Of a DNA stretch of 64,000 nt, positions 48,961 through 63,800 are shown one piece after another. The DNA is from Eledone cirrhosa. Taxonomy: Eukaryota. The stretch is taken from positions 134,292,001 through 134,356,000 of the forward strand of contig OZ024743.1 of the NCBI GenBank assembly GCA_964016885.1. The letters run 5' to 3'. A program made the position numbers and the translations under genes. How positions within the stretch are numbered: the first letter of the stretch is position 1; every line of letters begins with the position of its first letter. The notes under the pieces are model-generated. The model ran no database searches. It saw only the letters and a list, made by a program, of their open reading frames with translations, and had not been told where the DNA came from.

Positions 48961-50669
48961 CCAAACACCAAGTGCCAAGCACCAAACACCAAACACCAAG
49001 CACCAAGCACCAAACACCAAACACCAAGCAGCAATCACCAAACACCAAGCACCAAGCGCCAAACACCAAACACCAAACTCCTAGCACCAAGCACCAAGCA
49101 CCAAACACCAAGCACCAAACACCAAGCACCAAGCACAAAGCACCAAGCACCAAACACCAATCACCAAGCCCCAAGCACCAAACACCAAACACCAAGCACC
49201 AAGCACCAAGCACCAAGCACCAGACACCAAACACCAAGCACGAAGCACCAAACACCAAAAACCAATCACCAAGCCCCAAGTACCAAACACCAAGCACCAA
49301 ACACCAAACAGCAAACACTAAACAACAAACTCCAAACAGCAAACACCAAACACCAAATATCAAACACCAAACAGCAAACACCAAACAGCAAACAGCAAAC
49401 ACCAAACACCAACCAGCAAACACCAAACAGCAAACACCAAACAGCAAACGCCAAACAGCAAACACAAACACCAAACACCAAACACCAAGCACCAAGCACC
49501 AAGCACAAAACACCAAGCACCAAGCGCCAAACACCAAACACCAAGCACCAAGCACCAAGCACCAAGCACCAAGCACCAAACACCAAACACCAAAAAGCAA
49601 ACACCAATCACCAAACACCAAACACGAAACACCAAACAGCAAACACCAAACACCAAACACCAAACACCAAACAGCAAACACCAAACACCAAACAGCAAAC
49701 AGCAAACACCAAACAGCAAACACCAAACAGCAAACACCAAACAGCAAACACCAAACAGCAAACAGCAAACAGCAAACAGCAAACACCAAACACCAAGCAC
49801 CAAACACCAAGCACCAAGCAACAAGCGCCAATCAGCAAGCACCAAGCACTAAACACCAAACACCAAGCACCAAGCACCATGCACCAAACACCAAGCATGA
49901 AGCACCAAGCACCAAACGCCAAGCACCAAGCACCAAACACCAAGCACCAAGCACCAAGCACCAGACACCAAGCACCAAAGACCAAGCACCAAATACCAAG
50001 CACCAAGCCCTAAACACCAATCACCAAGCCCCAAGCACCAAACACCAAGAACCAAGCACCGAAACACCAAAAACCAAGCACCAAGCACTAAACACCAAGC
50101 ACCAAGCACCAAGCATCAAGCACCAAGCACCAAGCACCAAGCACCAAACACGAAGCACCAAGCACCAGGCACCAAACAGCAAATACCAAGCACCAAACAC
50201 CAAGCACCAAGCACCAAACACCAAACACCAAGCACCAAGCACCAAACACCAAACACCAAGCACCAAACAGCAAACACCAAACAGCAAACACCAAACACCA
50301 AACACCAACCAGCAAACACCAAACACCAAACACCAAACCACAAACACCAAACAGCAAACACCAAACAGCAAACACCAAACACCAATCACCAAGCCCCAAG
50401 CACCAAACACCAAGCACCAAGCACCAAGCACCCAGAACCAAGCACCAAGCACCAAAGACCAAACACCAAGCACCAAGCACCAAACACCAAACACCTAGCA
50501 CCAAGCACCAAGCACCAAGCACCAAACACCATGCACCAAGCACGAAGCACCAAACACCAAGAACCAAGCACCAAAACACCAAAAACCAAGAACCAAGCAC
50601 CAAAACACCAAACACCAAGCACCAAGCACCAAACACCAAACACCAAGCACCAAACAGCAAGCATCAAGC

Positions 50670-53660
50670 ACCAAGCACCAAGCACCAAGCACCAAACACC
50701 AATCATCAAGCACCAAACAGCAAACACCAAGCACCAAACACCAAACACCAAGCACCAAGCACCAAACACCAAACACCAAGCACCAAGCACCAAACACCAA
50801 ACACCAAGCACCAAACAGCAAACACCAAACAGCAAACACCAAACACCAAACACCAACCAGCAAACACCAAACACCAAACACCAAACCACAAACACCAAAC
50901 AGCAAACACCAAACAGCAAACACCAAACACCAATCACCAAGCCCCAAGCACCAAACACCAAGCACCAAGCACCAAGCACCCAGAACCAAGCACCAAGCAC
51001 CAAAGACCAAACACCAAGCACCAAGCACCAAACACCAAACACCAAGCACCAAGCACCAAGCACCAAACACCATGCACCAATCACGAAGCACCAAACACCA
51101 AGAACCAAGCACCAAAACACCAAAAACCAAGAACCAAGCACCAAAACACCAAAAACCAAGCACCAAGCACTAAACACCAAGCACCAAGCACCAAGCATCA
51201 AGCACCAAGCACCAAGCACCAAGCACCAAACACCAATCATCAAGCACCAAACAGCAAACACCAAGCACCAAACACCAAACACCAAGCACCAAGCACCAAA
51301 CACCAAACACCAAACACCAAACAGCAAACACCAAACAGCAAACACCAAACACCAAACACCAACCAGCAAACACGAAACACCAAACCACAAACACCAAACA
51401 GCAAACACCAAACAGCACACACCAAACACCAATCACCAAGCCCCAAGCACCAAACACCAAGCACCAATCACCAAGCACCCAGAACCAAGCACCAAGCACC
51501 AAAGACCAAACACCAAGCACCAAGCACCAAACACCAAACACCAAGCACCAAGCACCAAGCACCAAGCACCAAACACCATGCACCAAGCACGAAGCACCAA
51601 ACACCAAAAACCAATCACCAAGCACCAAAGAGCAAACACCAAGCCCCAAGCACCAAACACCAAACACCAAAAACCAAACAGCAAACACTAAACACCAAAC
51701 ACCAAACAGCAAACACCAAACACCAAATATCAAACACCAAACAGCAAACACCAAACAGCAAACAGCAAACACCAAACACCAACCAGCAAACACCAAACAG
51801 CAAACACCAAACAGCAAACGCCAAACAGCAAACACAAACACCAAACACCAAACACCAAGCACCAAGCACCAAGCACAAAACACCAAGCACCAAGCGCCAA
51901 ACACCAAACACCAAGCACCAAGCACCAAGCACCAAGCACCAAACACCAAACAGCAAACACCAAACAGCAAACAGCAAACAGCAAACACCAAACACCAAAC
52001 ACCAAGCACCAAACACCAAGCACCAAGCAACAAGCACCAATCAGCAAGCAGCAAGCACTAAACACCAAACACCAAGCACCAAGCACCATGCACCAAACAC
52101 CAAGCATGAAGCACCAAGCACCAAACGCCAAGCACCAAGCAACAAACACCAAGCACCAAGCACCAAGCACCAAGCACCAAACACCAATCATCAAGCACCA
52201 AACAGCAAACACCAAGCACCAAACACCAAACACCAAGCACCAAGCACCAAACACCAAACACCAAGCACCAAGCACCAAACACCAAACACCAAGCACCAAA
52301 CAGCAAACACCAAACAGCAAACACCAAACACCAAACACCAACCAGCAAACACCAAACACCAAACACCAAACCACAAACACCAAACAGCAAACACCAAACA
52401 GCAAACACCAAACACCAATCACCAAGCCCCAAGCACCAAACACCAAGCACCAAGCACCAAGCACCCAGAACCAAGCACCAAGCACCAAAGACCAAACACC
52501 AAGCACCAAGCACCAAACACCAAACACCAAGCACCAAGCACCAAGCACCAAACACCATGCACCAATCACGAAGCACCAAACACCAAGAACCAAGCACCAA
52601 AACACCAAAAACCAAGAACCAAGCACCAAAACACCAAAAACCAAGCACCAAGCACTAAACACCAAGCACCAAGCACCAAGCATCAAGCACCAAGCACCAA
52701 GCACCAAGCACCAAACACCAATCATCAAGCACCAAACAGCAAACACCAAGCACCAAACACCAAACACCAAGCACCAAGCACCAAACACCAAACACCAAAC
52801 ACCAAACAGCAAACACCAAACAGCAAACACCAAACACCAAACACCAACCAGCAAACACGAAACACCAAACCACAAACACCAAACAGCAAACACCAAACAG
52901 CACACACCAAACACCAATCACCAAGCCCCAAGCACCAAACACCAAGCACCAATCACCAAGCACCCAGAACCAAGCACCAAGCACCAAAGACCAAACACCA
53001 AGCACCAAGCACCAAACACCAAACACCAAGCACCAAGCACCAAGCACCAAGCACCAAACACCATGCACCAAGCACGAAGCACCAAACACCAAAAACCAAT
53101 CACCAAGCACCAAAGAGCAAACACCAAGCCCCAAGCACCAAACACCAAACACCAAAAACCAAACAGCAAACACTAAACACCAAACACCAAACAGCAAACA
53201 CCAAACACCAAATATCAAACACCAAACAGCAAACACCAAACAGCAAACAGCAAACACCAAACACCAACCAGCAAACACCAAACAGCAAACACCAAACAGC
53301 AAACGCCAAACAGCAAACACAAACACCAAACACCAAACACCAAGCACCAAGCACCAAGCACAAAACACCAAGCACCAAGCGCCAAACACCAAACACCAAG
53401 CACCAAGCACCAAGCACCAAGCACCAAACACCAAACAGCAAACACCAAACAGCAAACAGCAAACAGCAAACACCAAACACCAAACACCAAGCACCAAACA
53501 CCAAGCACCAAGCAACAAGCACCAATCAGCAAGCAGCAAGCACTAAACACCAAACACCAAGCACCAAGCACCATGCACCAAACACCAAGCATGAAGCACC
53601 AAGCACCAAACGCCAAGCACCAAGCAACAAACACCAAGCACCAAGCACCAAGCACCAAGC
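50670..53660 (-). repeat. Near-identical tandem duplication, period 1485 bp
   Basis: Identical pseudo-ORF translations at 51170/52655, 51240/52725, 51433/52918, 51615/53100, and landmark AATCATCAAG at 50701/52186. Confidence 0.92.
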
Positions 53661-56600
53661 ACCAAACACCAAGCACCAAAGACCAAGCACCAAATACCAA
53701 GCACCAAGCTCCAAACACCAATCACCAAGCCCCAAGCACCAAACACCAAGAATTAAGCACCAATCACTAAACACCAAACACCAAGCACCAAGCACCAAAC
53801 TCCAAACACCAAACACCAAGCACCAAGCACCAAATCCCAAGCACCAAACACCAAGCACCAAGCACCAAACACCAAACACCAAGCACCAAGCACCAGACAC
53901 CAAGCACCAAGCACCAAGCACCAAGCACTAAAACCAAGCACCAAGCTCCAAGCACCAAACACCAAGCACCAAACACCAAACACCAAGCACCAAGCACCAA
54001 ACACCAAGCACCAAGCGCCAAACACCAAACACCAAGAAGAAAGTACCAAACACCAACCACCAACCACCAAGCACAAAACACCAAGCACCAAGCACCAATC
54101 ACCAAACACCAAGCACCAAGCACCAAACACCAAATACCAAGCACCAAGCACCAAACACCAAACACCAAGCCCCAAGCACCAAACACCAAATACCAAGCAC
54201 CAAGCACCAAGCACCAAGCACCAAACACCAAGCACCAAGCACCAAGCACCAAACACCAAGCACCAAACACCAAACACCAAGCACCAAGCACGAAACACCA
54301 AGCACCAAGCGCCAAACACCAAACACCAAGCACCAAGCACCAAATACCAAGCACCAAGCACAAAGAACCAAGCACCAAACACCAAACAGCAAACAGCAAA
54401 CACCAAACACCAAACAGCAAACAGCAAACAGCAAACACCAAACCGCAAACACCAAACAGCAAACACCAAACACCAAACACCAACCAGCAAACACCAAACA
54501 CCAAACACCAGACAGCAAACGCCAAACATCAAACGCAAAACACCAAACGCCAAACAGCAAACGCCAAACACCAAACGCCAAACAGCAAGCACCAAGCACT
54601 AAACACCAAACACCAAGCACCAAACACCAAACACCAAGCACCAAGCACCAAACACCAAACACCAAGCACCAAGCACCAAACACCAAACACCAAGCACCAA
54701 GCACCAAGCACCAAACACCAAGCACCAAGCACCAAGCACCAAACACCAAGCACCAAGCACCAAACACGAAGCACCAAACACCAAACACCAAGCACCAAGC
54801 ACCAAACACCAAGCACCAAACAGCAAGCACCAAACACCAAGCACCAAGCACCAAAACACCAAAAACCAAGCACCAAGCACTAAACACCAAGCACCAAGCA
54901 CCAAGCATCAAACACCAAGCACCAAGCACCAAGCACCAAACACCAAGCACCAAGCACCAGGCACCAAGCGCCAAACACCAAGCATCAAGCACCAAACAGC
55001 AAACACCAAGCACCAAACACCAAGCATCAAGCACCAAGCACCAAGCACCAAGCACCAAACACCAAGCACCAAGCACCAGGCACCAAACACCAAACACCAA
55101 GCACCAAGCACCAAACACCAAACACCAAGCACCAAGCACCAAACACCAAACCACAAACACCAAACAGCAAACACCAAACAGCAAACAGCAAACACAAAAC
55201 ACCAAACAGCAAACGCCAAAAAGCAAATGCCAAACCCCATACGCCAAACAGCAAATGCCAAACCCCAAACGCCAAACAGCAAACGCCAAGCACCAAACAC
55301 CAAACACCAAGCGCCAAGCACCAAACACCAAACACCAAGCGCCAAACACCAAACACCAAACTCCTAGCACCAAGCACTAAGCACCAAACACCAAGCACCA
55401 AACACCAAGAACCAAGCACCAAGCACCAAGCACCAAACACCAATCACCAAGCCCCACGCACCAAACACCAAGCACCAAGCACCAAGCACCCAGAACCAAG
55501 CACCAAGCAACAAACACCAAACACCAAGCACCAAGCACCAAACACCAAACACCAAGCACCAAGCAGCAAGCACCAAGCACCAAACACCATACACCAAGCA
55601 CGAAGCACCAAACACCAAAAACCAATCACCAAGCACCAAAGAGCAAACACCAAGCCCCAAGTACCAAACACCAAACACCAAACACCAAACAGCAAACACT
55701 AAACACCAAACTCCAAACAGCAAACACCAAACACCAAATATCAAACACCAAGCAGCAAACACCAAACAGCAAACAGAAAACACCAAACACCAACCAGCAA
55801 ACACCAAGCACCAAACACCAAACAGCAAACGCCAAAAAGCAAATGCCAAACCCCATACGCCAAACAGCAAATGCCAAATCCCAAACGCCAAACAGCAAAC
55901 ACCAAGCGCCAAGCACCAAACACCAAACACCAAGCACCAAGCACCAAACACCAAACACCAAGCACCAATCACCAAACACCAAGCACCGATCGCCAAACAC
56001 CAAACACCAAACTCCTAGCACCAAGCACCAAGCACCAAACACCAAGCACCAAACACCAAGCACCAAGCACCAAGCACCAAGCACCAAACACCAATCACCA
56101 AGCCCCAAGCACCAAATAACAAGCACCAAGCACCAAGCACCCAGAACCAAGCACCAAGCACCAAGTGCCAAGCACCAAGCACCAAGCACCAAACACCAAA
56201 CACCAAGCACCAAGCACCAAACACCAAGCACCAAGCGCCAAACACCAAACACCAAGAACAAAGTACCAAACACCAAGCACCAACCACCAAGCACAAAACA
56301 CCAAGCACCAAGCAACAAGCACCAAACACCAAGCACCAAACACCAAACACCAAACACCAAGCACCAAGCACCAAGCACCAAGCACCAAACACCAAACAGC
56401 AAACACCAAACAGCAAACAGCAAACAGCAAACACCAAACACCAAACACCAAGCACCAATCACCAAACACCAAGCACCAAGCGCCAAACACCAAACACCAA
56501 ACTCCTAGCACCAAGCACTAAGCACCAAACACCAAGCACCAAACACCAAGCACCAAGCACCAAGCACCAAGCACCAAACACCAATCACCAAGCCCCACGC

Positions 56601-59600
56601 ACCAAACACCAAGCACCAAGCACCAAGCACCCAGAACCAAGCACCAAGCAACAAACACCAAACACCAAGCACCAAGCACCAAACACCAAACACCAAGCAC
56701 CAAGCAGCAAGCACCAAGCACCAAACACCATACACCAAGCACGAAGCACCAAACACCAAAAACCAATCACCAAGCACCAAAGAGCAAACACCAAGCCCCA
56801 AGTACCAAACACCAAACACCAAACACCAAACAGCAAACACTAAACACCAAACTCCAAACAGCAAACACCAAACACCAAATATCAAACACCAACCAGCAAA
56901 CACCAAACAGCAAACAGAAAACACCAAACACCAACCAGCAAACACCAAGCACCAAACACCAAACAGCAAACGCCAAAAAGCAAATGCCAAACCCCATACG
57001 CCAAACAGCAAATGCCAAATCCCAAACGCCAAACAGCAAACGCCAAGCACCAAACACCAAACACCAAGCGCCAAGCACCAAACACCAAACACCAAGCACC
57101 AAGCACCAAACACCAAACACCAAGCACCAATCACCAAACACCAAGCACCAATCGCCAAACACCAAACACCAAACTCCTAGCACCAAGCACCAAGCACCAA
57201 ACACCAAGCACCAAACACCAAGCACCAAGCACCAAGCACCAAGCACCAAACACCAATCACCAAGCCCCAAGCACCAAATAACAAGCACCAAGCACCAAGC
57301 ACCCAGAACCAAGCACCAGGCACCAAGTGCCAAGCACCAAGCACCAAGCACCAAACACCAAACACCAAGCACCAAGCACCAAACACCAAGCACCAAGCGC
57401 CAAACACCAAACACCAAGAACAAAGTACCAAACACCAAGCACCAACCACCAAGCACAAAACACCAAGCACCAAGCACCAAGCACCAAACACCAAGCACCA
57501 AGCACCAAACACCAAACACCAAGCACCAAGCACCAAGCACCAAGCACCAAACACCAAACAGCAAACACCAAACAGCAAACAGCAAACAGCAAACACCAAA
57601 CACCAAACACCAAGCACCAAACACCAAGCACCAAGCAACAAGCACCAATCAGCAAGCAGCAAGCACTAAACACCAAACACCAAGCACCAAGCACCATGCA
57701 CCAAACACCAAGCATGAAGCACCAAGCACCAAACGCCAAGCACCAAGCAACAAACACCAAGCACCAAGCACCAAGCACCAAGCACCAAACACCAAGCACC
57801 AAAGACCAAGCACCAAATACCAAGCACCAAGCACCAAACACCAATCACCAAGCCCCAAGCACCAAACACCAAGAATTAAGCACCAATCACTAAACACCAA
57901 ACACCAAGCACCAAGCACCAAACTCCAAACACCAAACACCAAGCACCAAGCACCAAATCCCAAGCACCAAACACCAAGCACCAAGCACCAAACACCAAAC
58001 ACCAAGCACCAAGCACCAGACACCAAGCACCAAGCACCAAGCACCAAGCACCAAAAACCAAGCACCAAGCTCCAAGCACCAAACACCAAGCACCAAACAC
58101 CAAACACCAAGCACCAAGCACCAAACACCAAGCACCAAGCGCCAAACACCAAACACCAAGAACAAAGTACCAAACACCAACCACCAACCACCAAGCACAA
58201 AACACCAAGCACCAAGCACCAATCACCAAACACCAAGCACCAAGCACCAAACACCAAACACCAAGCACCAAGCACCAAACACCAAACACCAAGCCCCAAG
58301 CACCAAACACCAAATACCAAGCACCAAGCACCAAGCACCAAGCACCAAACACCAAGCACCAAACACCAAACACCAAGCACCAAGCACGAAACACCAAGCA
58401 CCAAGCGCCAAACACCAAACACCAAGCACCAAGCACCAAATACCAAGCACCAAGCACAAAGAACCAAGCACCAAACACCAAACAGCAAACAGCAAACACC
58501 AAACACCAAACACCAAACAGCAAACAGCAAACACCAAACCGCAAACACCAAACAGCAAACACCAAACACCAAACACCAACCAGCAAACACCAAACACCAA
58601 ACACCAAACAGCAAACGCCAAACATCAAACGCAAAACACCAAACGCCAAACAGCAAACGCCAAACACCAAACGCCAAACAGCAAGCACCAAGCACTAAAC
58701 ACCAAACACCAAGCACCAAACACCAAACACCAAGCACCAAGCACCAAACACCAAACACCAAGCACCAAGCACCAAACACCAAACACCAAGCACCAAGCAC
58801 CAAGCACCAAACACCAAGCACCAAGCACCAAGCACCAAACACCAAGCACCAAGCACCAAACACGAAGCACCAAACACCAAGCACCAAGCACCAAGCACCA
58901 AACACCAAGCACCAAACAGCAAGCACCAAACACCAAGCACCAAGCACCAAAACACCAAACACCAAACAGCAAACAGCAAACACCAAACCGCAAACACCAA
59001 ACAGCAAACACCAAACACCAAACACCAACCAGCAAACACCAAACACCAAACACCAAACAGCAAACGCCAAACATCAAACGCAAAACACCAAACGCCAAAC
59101 AGCAAACGCCAAACACCAAACGCCAAACAGCAAGCACCAATCACTAAACACCAAACACCAAGCACCAAACACCAAACACCAAGCACCAAGCACCAAACAC
59201 CAAGCACCAAGCACCAAGCATCAAACACCAAGCACCAAGCACCAAATACCAAACACCAAGCACCAAGCACCAGGCACCAAGCCCCAAACACCAAGCATCA
59301 AGCACCAAACAGCAAACACCAAGCACCAAACACCAAGCATCAAGCACCAAGCACCAAGCACCAAGCACCAAACACCAAGCACCAAGCACCAGGCACCAAA
59401 CACCAAACACCAAGCACCAAGCACCAAACACCAAACACCAAGCACCAAGCACCAAACACCAAACCACAAACACCAAACAGCAAACACCAAACAGCAAACA
59501 GCAAACACCAAACACCAAACAGCAAACGCCAAAAAGCAAATGCCAAACCCCATACGCCAAACAGCAAATGCCAAACCCCAAACGCCAAACAGCAAACGCC

Positions 59601-60800
59601 AAGCACCAAACACCAAACACCAAGTGCCAAGCACCAAGCACCAAACACCAAGCACCAATCACCAAACACCAAGCACCAAGCGCCAAACACCAAACACCAA
59701 ACTCCTAGCACCAAGCACTAAGCACCAAACACCAAGCACCAAACACCAAGCACCAAGCACCAACCACCAAGCACCAAACACCAATCACCAAGCCCCACGC
59801 ACCAAACACCAAGCACCAAGCACCAAGCACCCAGAACCAAGCACCAAGCAACAAACACCAAACACCAAGCACCAAGCACCAAACACCAAACACCAAGCAC
59901 CAAGCAGCAAGCACCAAGCACCAAACACCATACACCAAGCACGAAGCACCAAACACCAAAAACCAATCACCAAGCACCAAAGAGCAAACACCAAGCCCCA
60001 AGTACCAAACACCAAACACCAAACACCAAACAGCAAACACTAAACACCAAACTCCAAACAGCAAACACCAAACACCAAATATCAAACACCAACCAGCAAA
60101 CACCAAACAGCAAACACCAAACAGCAAACACCAAACAGCAAACAGAAAACACCAAACACCAACCAGCAAACACTAAGCACCAAACACCAAACAGCAAACG
60201 CCAAAAAGCAAATGCCAAACCCCATACGCCAAACAGCAAATGCCAAATCCCAAACGCCAAACAGCAAACGCCAAGCGCCAAACACCAAACACCAATCGCC
60301 AAGCACCAAACACCAAACACCAAGCACCAAGCACCAAACACCAAACACCAAGCACCAATCACCAAACACCAAGCACCAATCGCCAAACACCAAACACCAA
60401 ACTCCTAGCACCAAGCACCAAGCACCAAACACCAAGCACCAAACACCAAGCACCAAGCACCAAGCACCAAGCACCAAACACCAATCACCAAGCCCCAAGC
60501 ACCAAATAACAAGCACCAAGCACCAAGCACCCAGAACCAAGCACCAAGCACCAAGCTCCAAGCACCAAGCACCAAGCAGCAAACACCAAACACCAAGCAC
60601 CAAGCACCAAACACCAAGCACCAAGCGCCAAACACCAAACACCAAGAACAAAGTACCAAACACCAAGCACCAACCACCAAGCACAAAACACCAAGCACCA
60701 AGCACCAAGCACCAAACACCAAGTACCAAGCACCAAGCACCAAACACCAAACACCAAGCGCCAAGCGCCAAACACCAAATACCAAGCACCAAGCACTAAA
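53400..60800 (-). repeat. ~4.1-4.3-kb higher-order repeat containing an internal 1141-bp duplication
   Basis: GAATTAAG at 53750/57873 (offset 4123), and pair 55377/59718 (4341). Internal pairs 55377/56518 and 55851/56992 (offset 1141). Confidence 0.85.
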
Positions 60801-63800
60801 CACCAAACACCAAGCACCAAGCACCAAGCACCAAGCACCAAACACCAAGTACCAAGCACCAAGCACCAAACACCAAACACCAAACACCAAGCACCAAGCA
60901 CCAAACACCAAACACCAAGCACCAAACACCAAGCACCAAGCCCCAAGCACGAAACACGAAGCACCAAGCACGAAACACCAAGCACCAAGCACCAAGCACC
61001 ATGCACCAAACACCAAGCACCAAGCACCAAACAGCAAACACCAAACAGCAAACACCAAACAGCAAACACCAAACAGCAAACACCAAACAGCAAACACCAA
61101 ACAGCAAACGCCAAAAAGCAAACGCCAAACTCCAAACGCCAAACAGCAAATGCCAAACCCAAACGCCAAACAGCAAACGCCAAGCACAAAACACCAAACA
61201 CCAAGCGCCAAGCACCAAACACCAAACACCAAGCACCAAGCACCAAACACCAAACACCAAGCACCAAGTACCAAACACCGAACACCAAGCACCAAACACC
61301 AAACAGCAAACGCAAAAAAGCAAACGCCAGACCCCATACGCCAAACAGCAAATGCTAAACCCCAAATGCCAAACGGCAAACGCCAAGCACCAAACACCAA
61401 ACACCAAGCGCCAAGCACCAAACACCAAACACCAAGCACCAAGCACCAAACACCAAACACCAAGCACCAATCACCAAACACCAAACACCAAGCGCCAAAC
61501 ACCAAACACCAAACACCTATCACCAAGCACCAAGCACCAAGCACCAAGCACCAAACACCAATCACCAAGCCCCAAGCACCAAACACCAAGCACCCAGCAC
61601 CAAACACCAAACACCAAGCACCAAGCACCCAGAACAAAGCACCAAGCACCAAACACCAAACACCAAGCTCCAAGCACCGAACACCAAGCACCAAGCACGA
61701 AGCACCAAGCACCAAACACCAATCACCAAGCCCCAAGCACCAAACACCAAGCACCAAGCACCAAGCACCAAACACCAAACACCAAGCACCAAGCACCAAA
61801 CACCAAACACCAAGCACCAAGCACCAAGCACCAAGCACCAAACACCATACACCAAACAGCAAACGCCAAAAAGCAAACGCCAAACCCCATACGCCAAACA
61901 GCAAATGCCAAACCCCAAACGCCAAACAGCAAACGCCAAGCACCAAACACCAAACACCAAGCGCCAAGCACCAAACACCAAACACCAAGCACCAAGCACC
62001 AAACACCAAACACCAAGCACCAATCACCAAACACCAAGCACCAAGCGCCAAGCACCAGACACCAAGCACCAAGCACCAAACACCAAGCACCAAGCACCAA
62101 ACACCAAGCACCAAGCACCAAGCACCAAGCACCAAGCACCAAACACCAAGCACCAAGCACCAAACAGCAAACACCAACCAGCAAACACCAAACACCAAAC
62201 ACCAAACAGCAAACACCAAACAGCAAACACCAAACAGCAAACAGCAAACACCAAACACCAAGCACCAAGCACCAAGCACCAAGCACCAAGCACCAAACAC
62301 CAAGCACCAAGCACCAAGCACCAAGCACCAAGCACCAAACACCAAGCACCAAGCACCAAACAGCATACACCAAGCACCAAACACCAAACACCAAGCACCA
62401 AGCACCAAACACCAAACACCAAACACCAAGCACCAAGCCCCAAGCACCAAACACCAAGCACCAAGCACCAAACACCAAGCACGAAGCACCAAGCACCATG
62501 CACCAAACACCAAGCACCAAGCACCAAACAGCAAACACCAAACAGCAAACACCAAACACCAAACACCAACCAGCAAACACCAAACACCAAACACCAAACA
62601 GCAAACACCAAACAGCAAACACCAAACAGCAAACAGCAAACACCAAACACCAAACAGCAAATGCCAAAAAGCAAACGCCAAACCCCAAACGCCAAACAGC
62701 AAATGCCAAACCCCAAACGCCAAACAGCAAACGCCAAGCGCCAAACGCCAAACACCAAGTGCCAAGCACCAAACACCAAACACCAAGCACCAAGCACCAA
62801 GCACCAAACACCAAACAGCAAACGCCAAAAAGCAAACGCCAAACCCCATACGCCAAACAGCAAATGCCAAATCCCAAACGCCAAACAGCAAACGCCAAGC
62901 ACCAAACACCAAACACCAAGCGCCAAGCACCAAACACCAAACACCAAGCACCAAGCACCAAACACCAAACACCAAGCACCAATCACCAAACACCAAGCAC
63001 CAAGCGCCAAGCACCAAACACCAAACACCTAGCACCAAGCACCAAGCACCAAACACCAAGTACCAAACACCAATCACCAAGCCCCAAGCACCAAACACCA
63101 AGCGCCAAGCACCAAACACCAAACACCAAGCACCAAGCACCCAGAACCAAGCACCAAGCACCAAACACCAAGCACCAAGCACCGAGCACCAAACACCAAG
63201 AACCAAGCACCAAGCTCTAAACACCAAACACCAAGCACCAAGCACCAAACACCAAACACCAAACACCAAACACCAAACAGCAAATGCCAAAAAGCAAACG
63301 CCAAACCCCAAACGCCAAACAGTAAATGCCAAACCCCAAACGCCAAACAGCAAACGCCAAGCGCCAAACGCCAAATACCAAGCGCCAAGCACCAAACACC
63401 AAACACCAAGCACCAAGCACCAAACACCAAACACCAAGCACCAAGTACCAAACACCAAACACCAAGCACCAAACACCAAACAGCAAACGCCAAAAAGCAA
63501 ACGCCAAACCCCATACGCCAAACAGCAAATGCCAAACCCCAAACGCCAAACAGCAAACGCCAAGCACCGAACACCAAACACCAAGAACCAAGCACCAAGC
63601 ACTAAACACCAAACACCAAGCACCAAGCACCAAACACCAAACACCAAGCACCAAGCACCGAGCACCAAACACCAAGAACCAAGCACCAAGCACTAAACAC
63701 CAAACACCAAGCACCAAGCACCAAACACCAAACACCAAGCACCAAACACCAAACAGCAAACGCCAAAAAGCAAACGCCAAACCCCATACGCCAAACAGCA

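Noticed and set aside
20000-50000. Foldback chimera from amplification or long-read sequencing
   Set aside because: A foldback would mirror the variant landmarks around the junction, but the two arms have different landmarks and periods. A ligation chimera or misjoin of two different arrays is not excluded.
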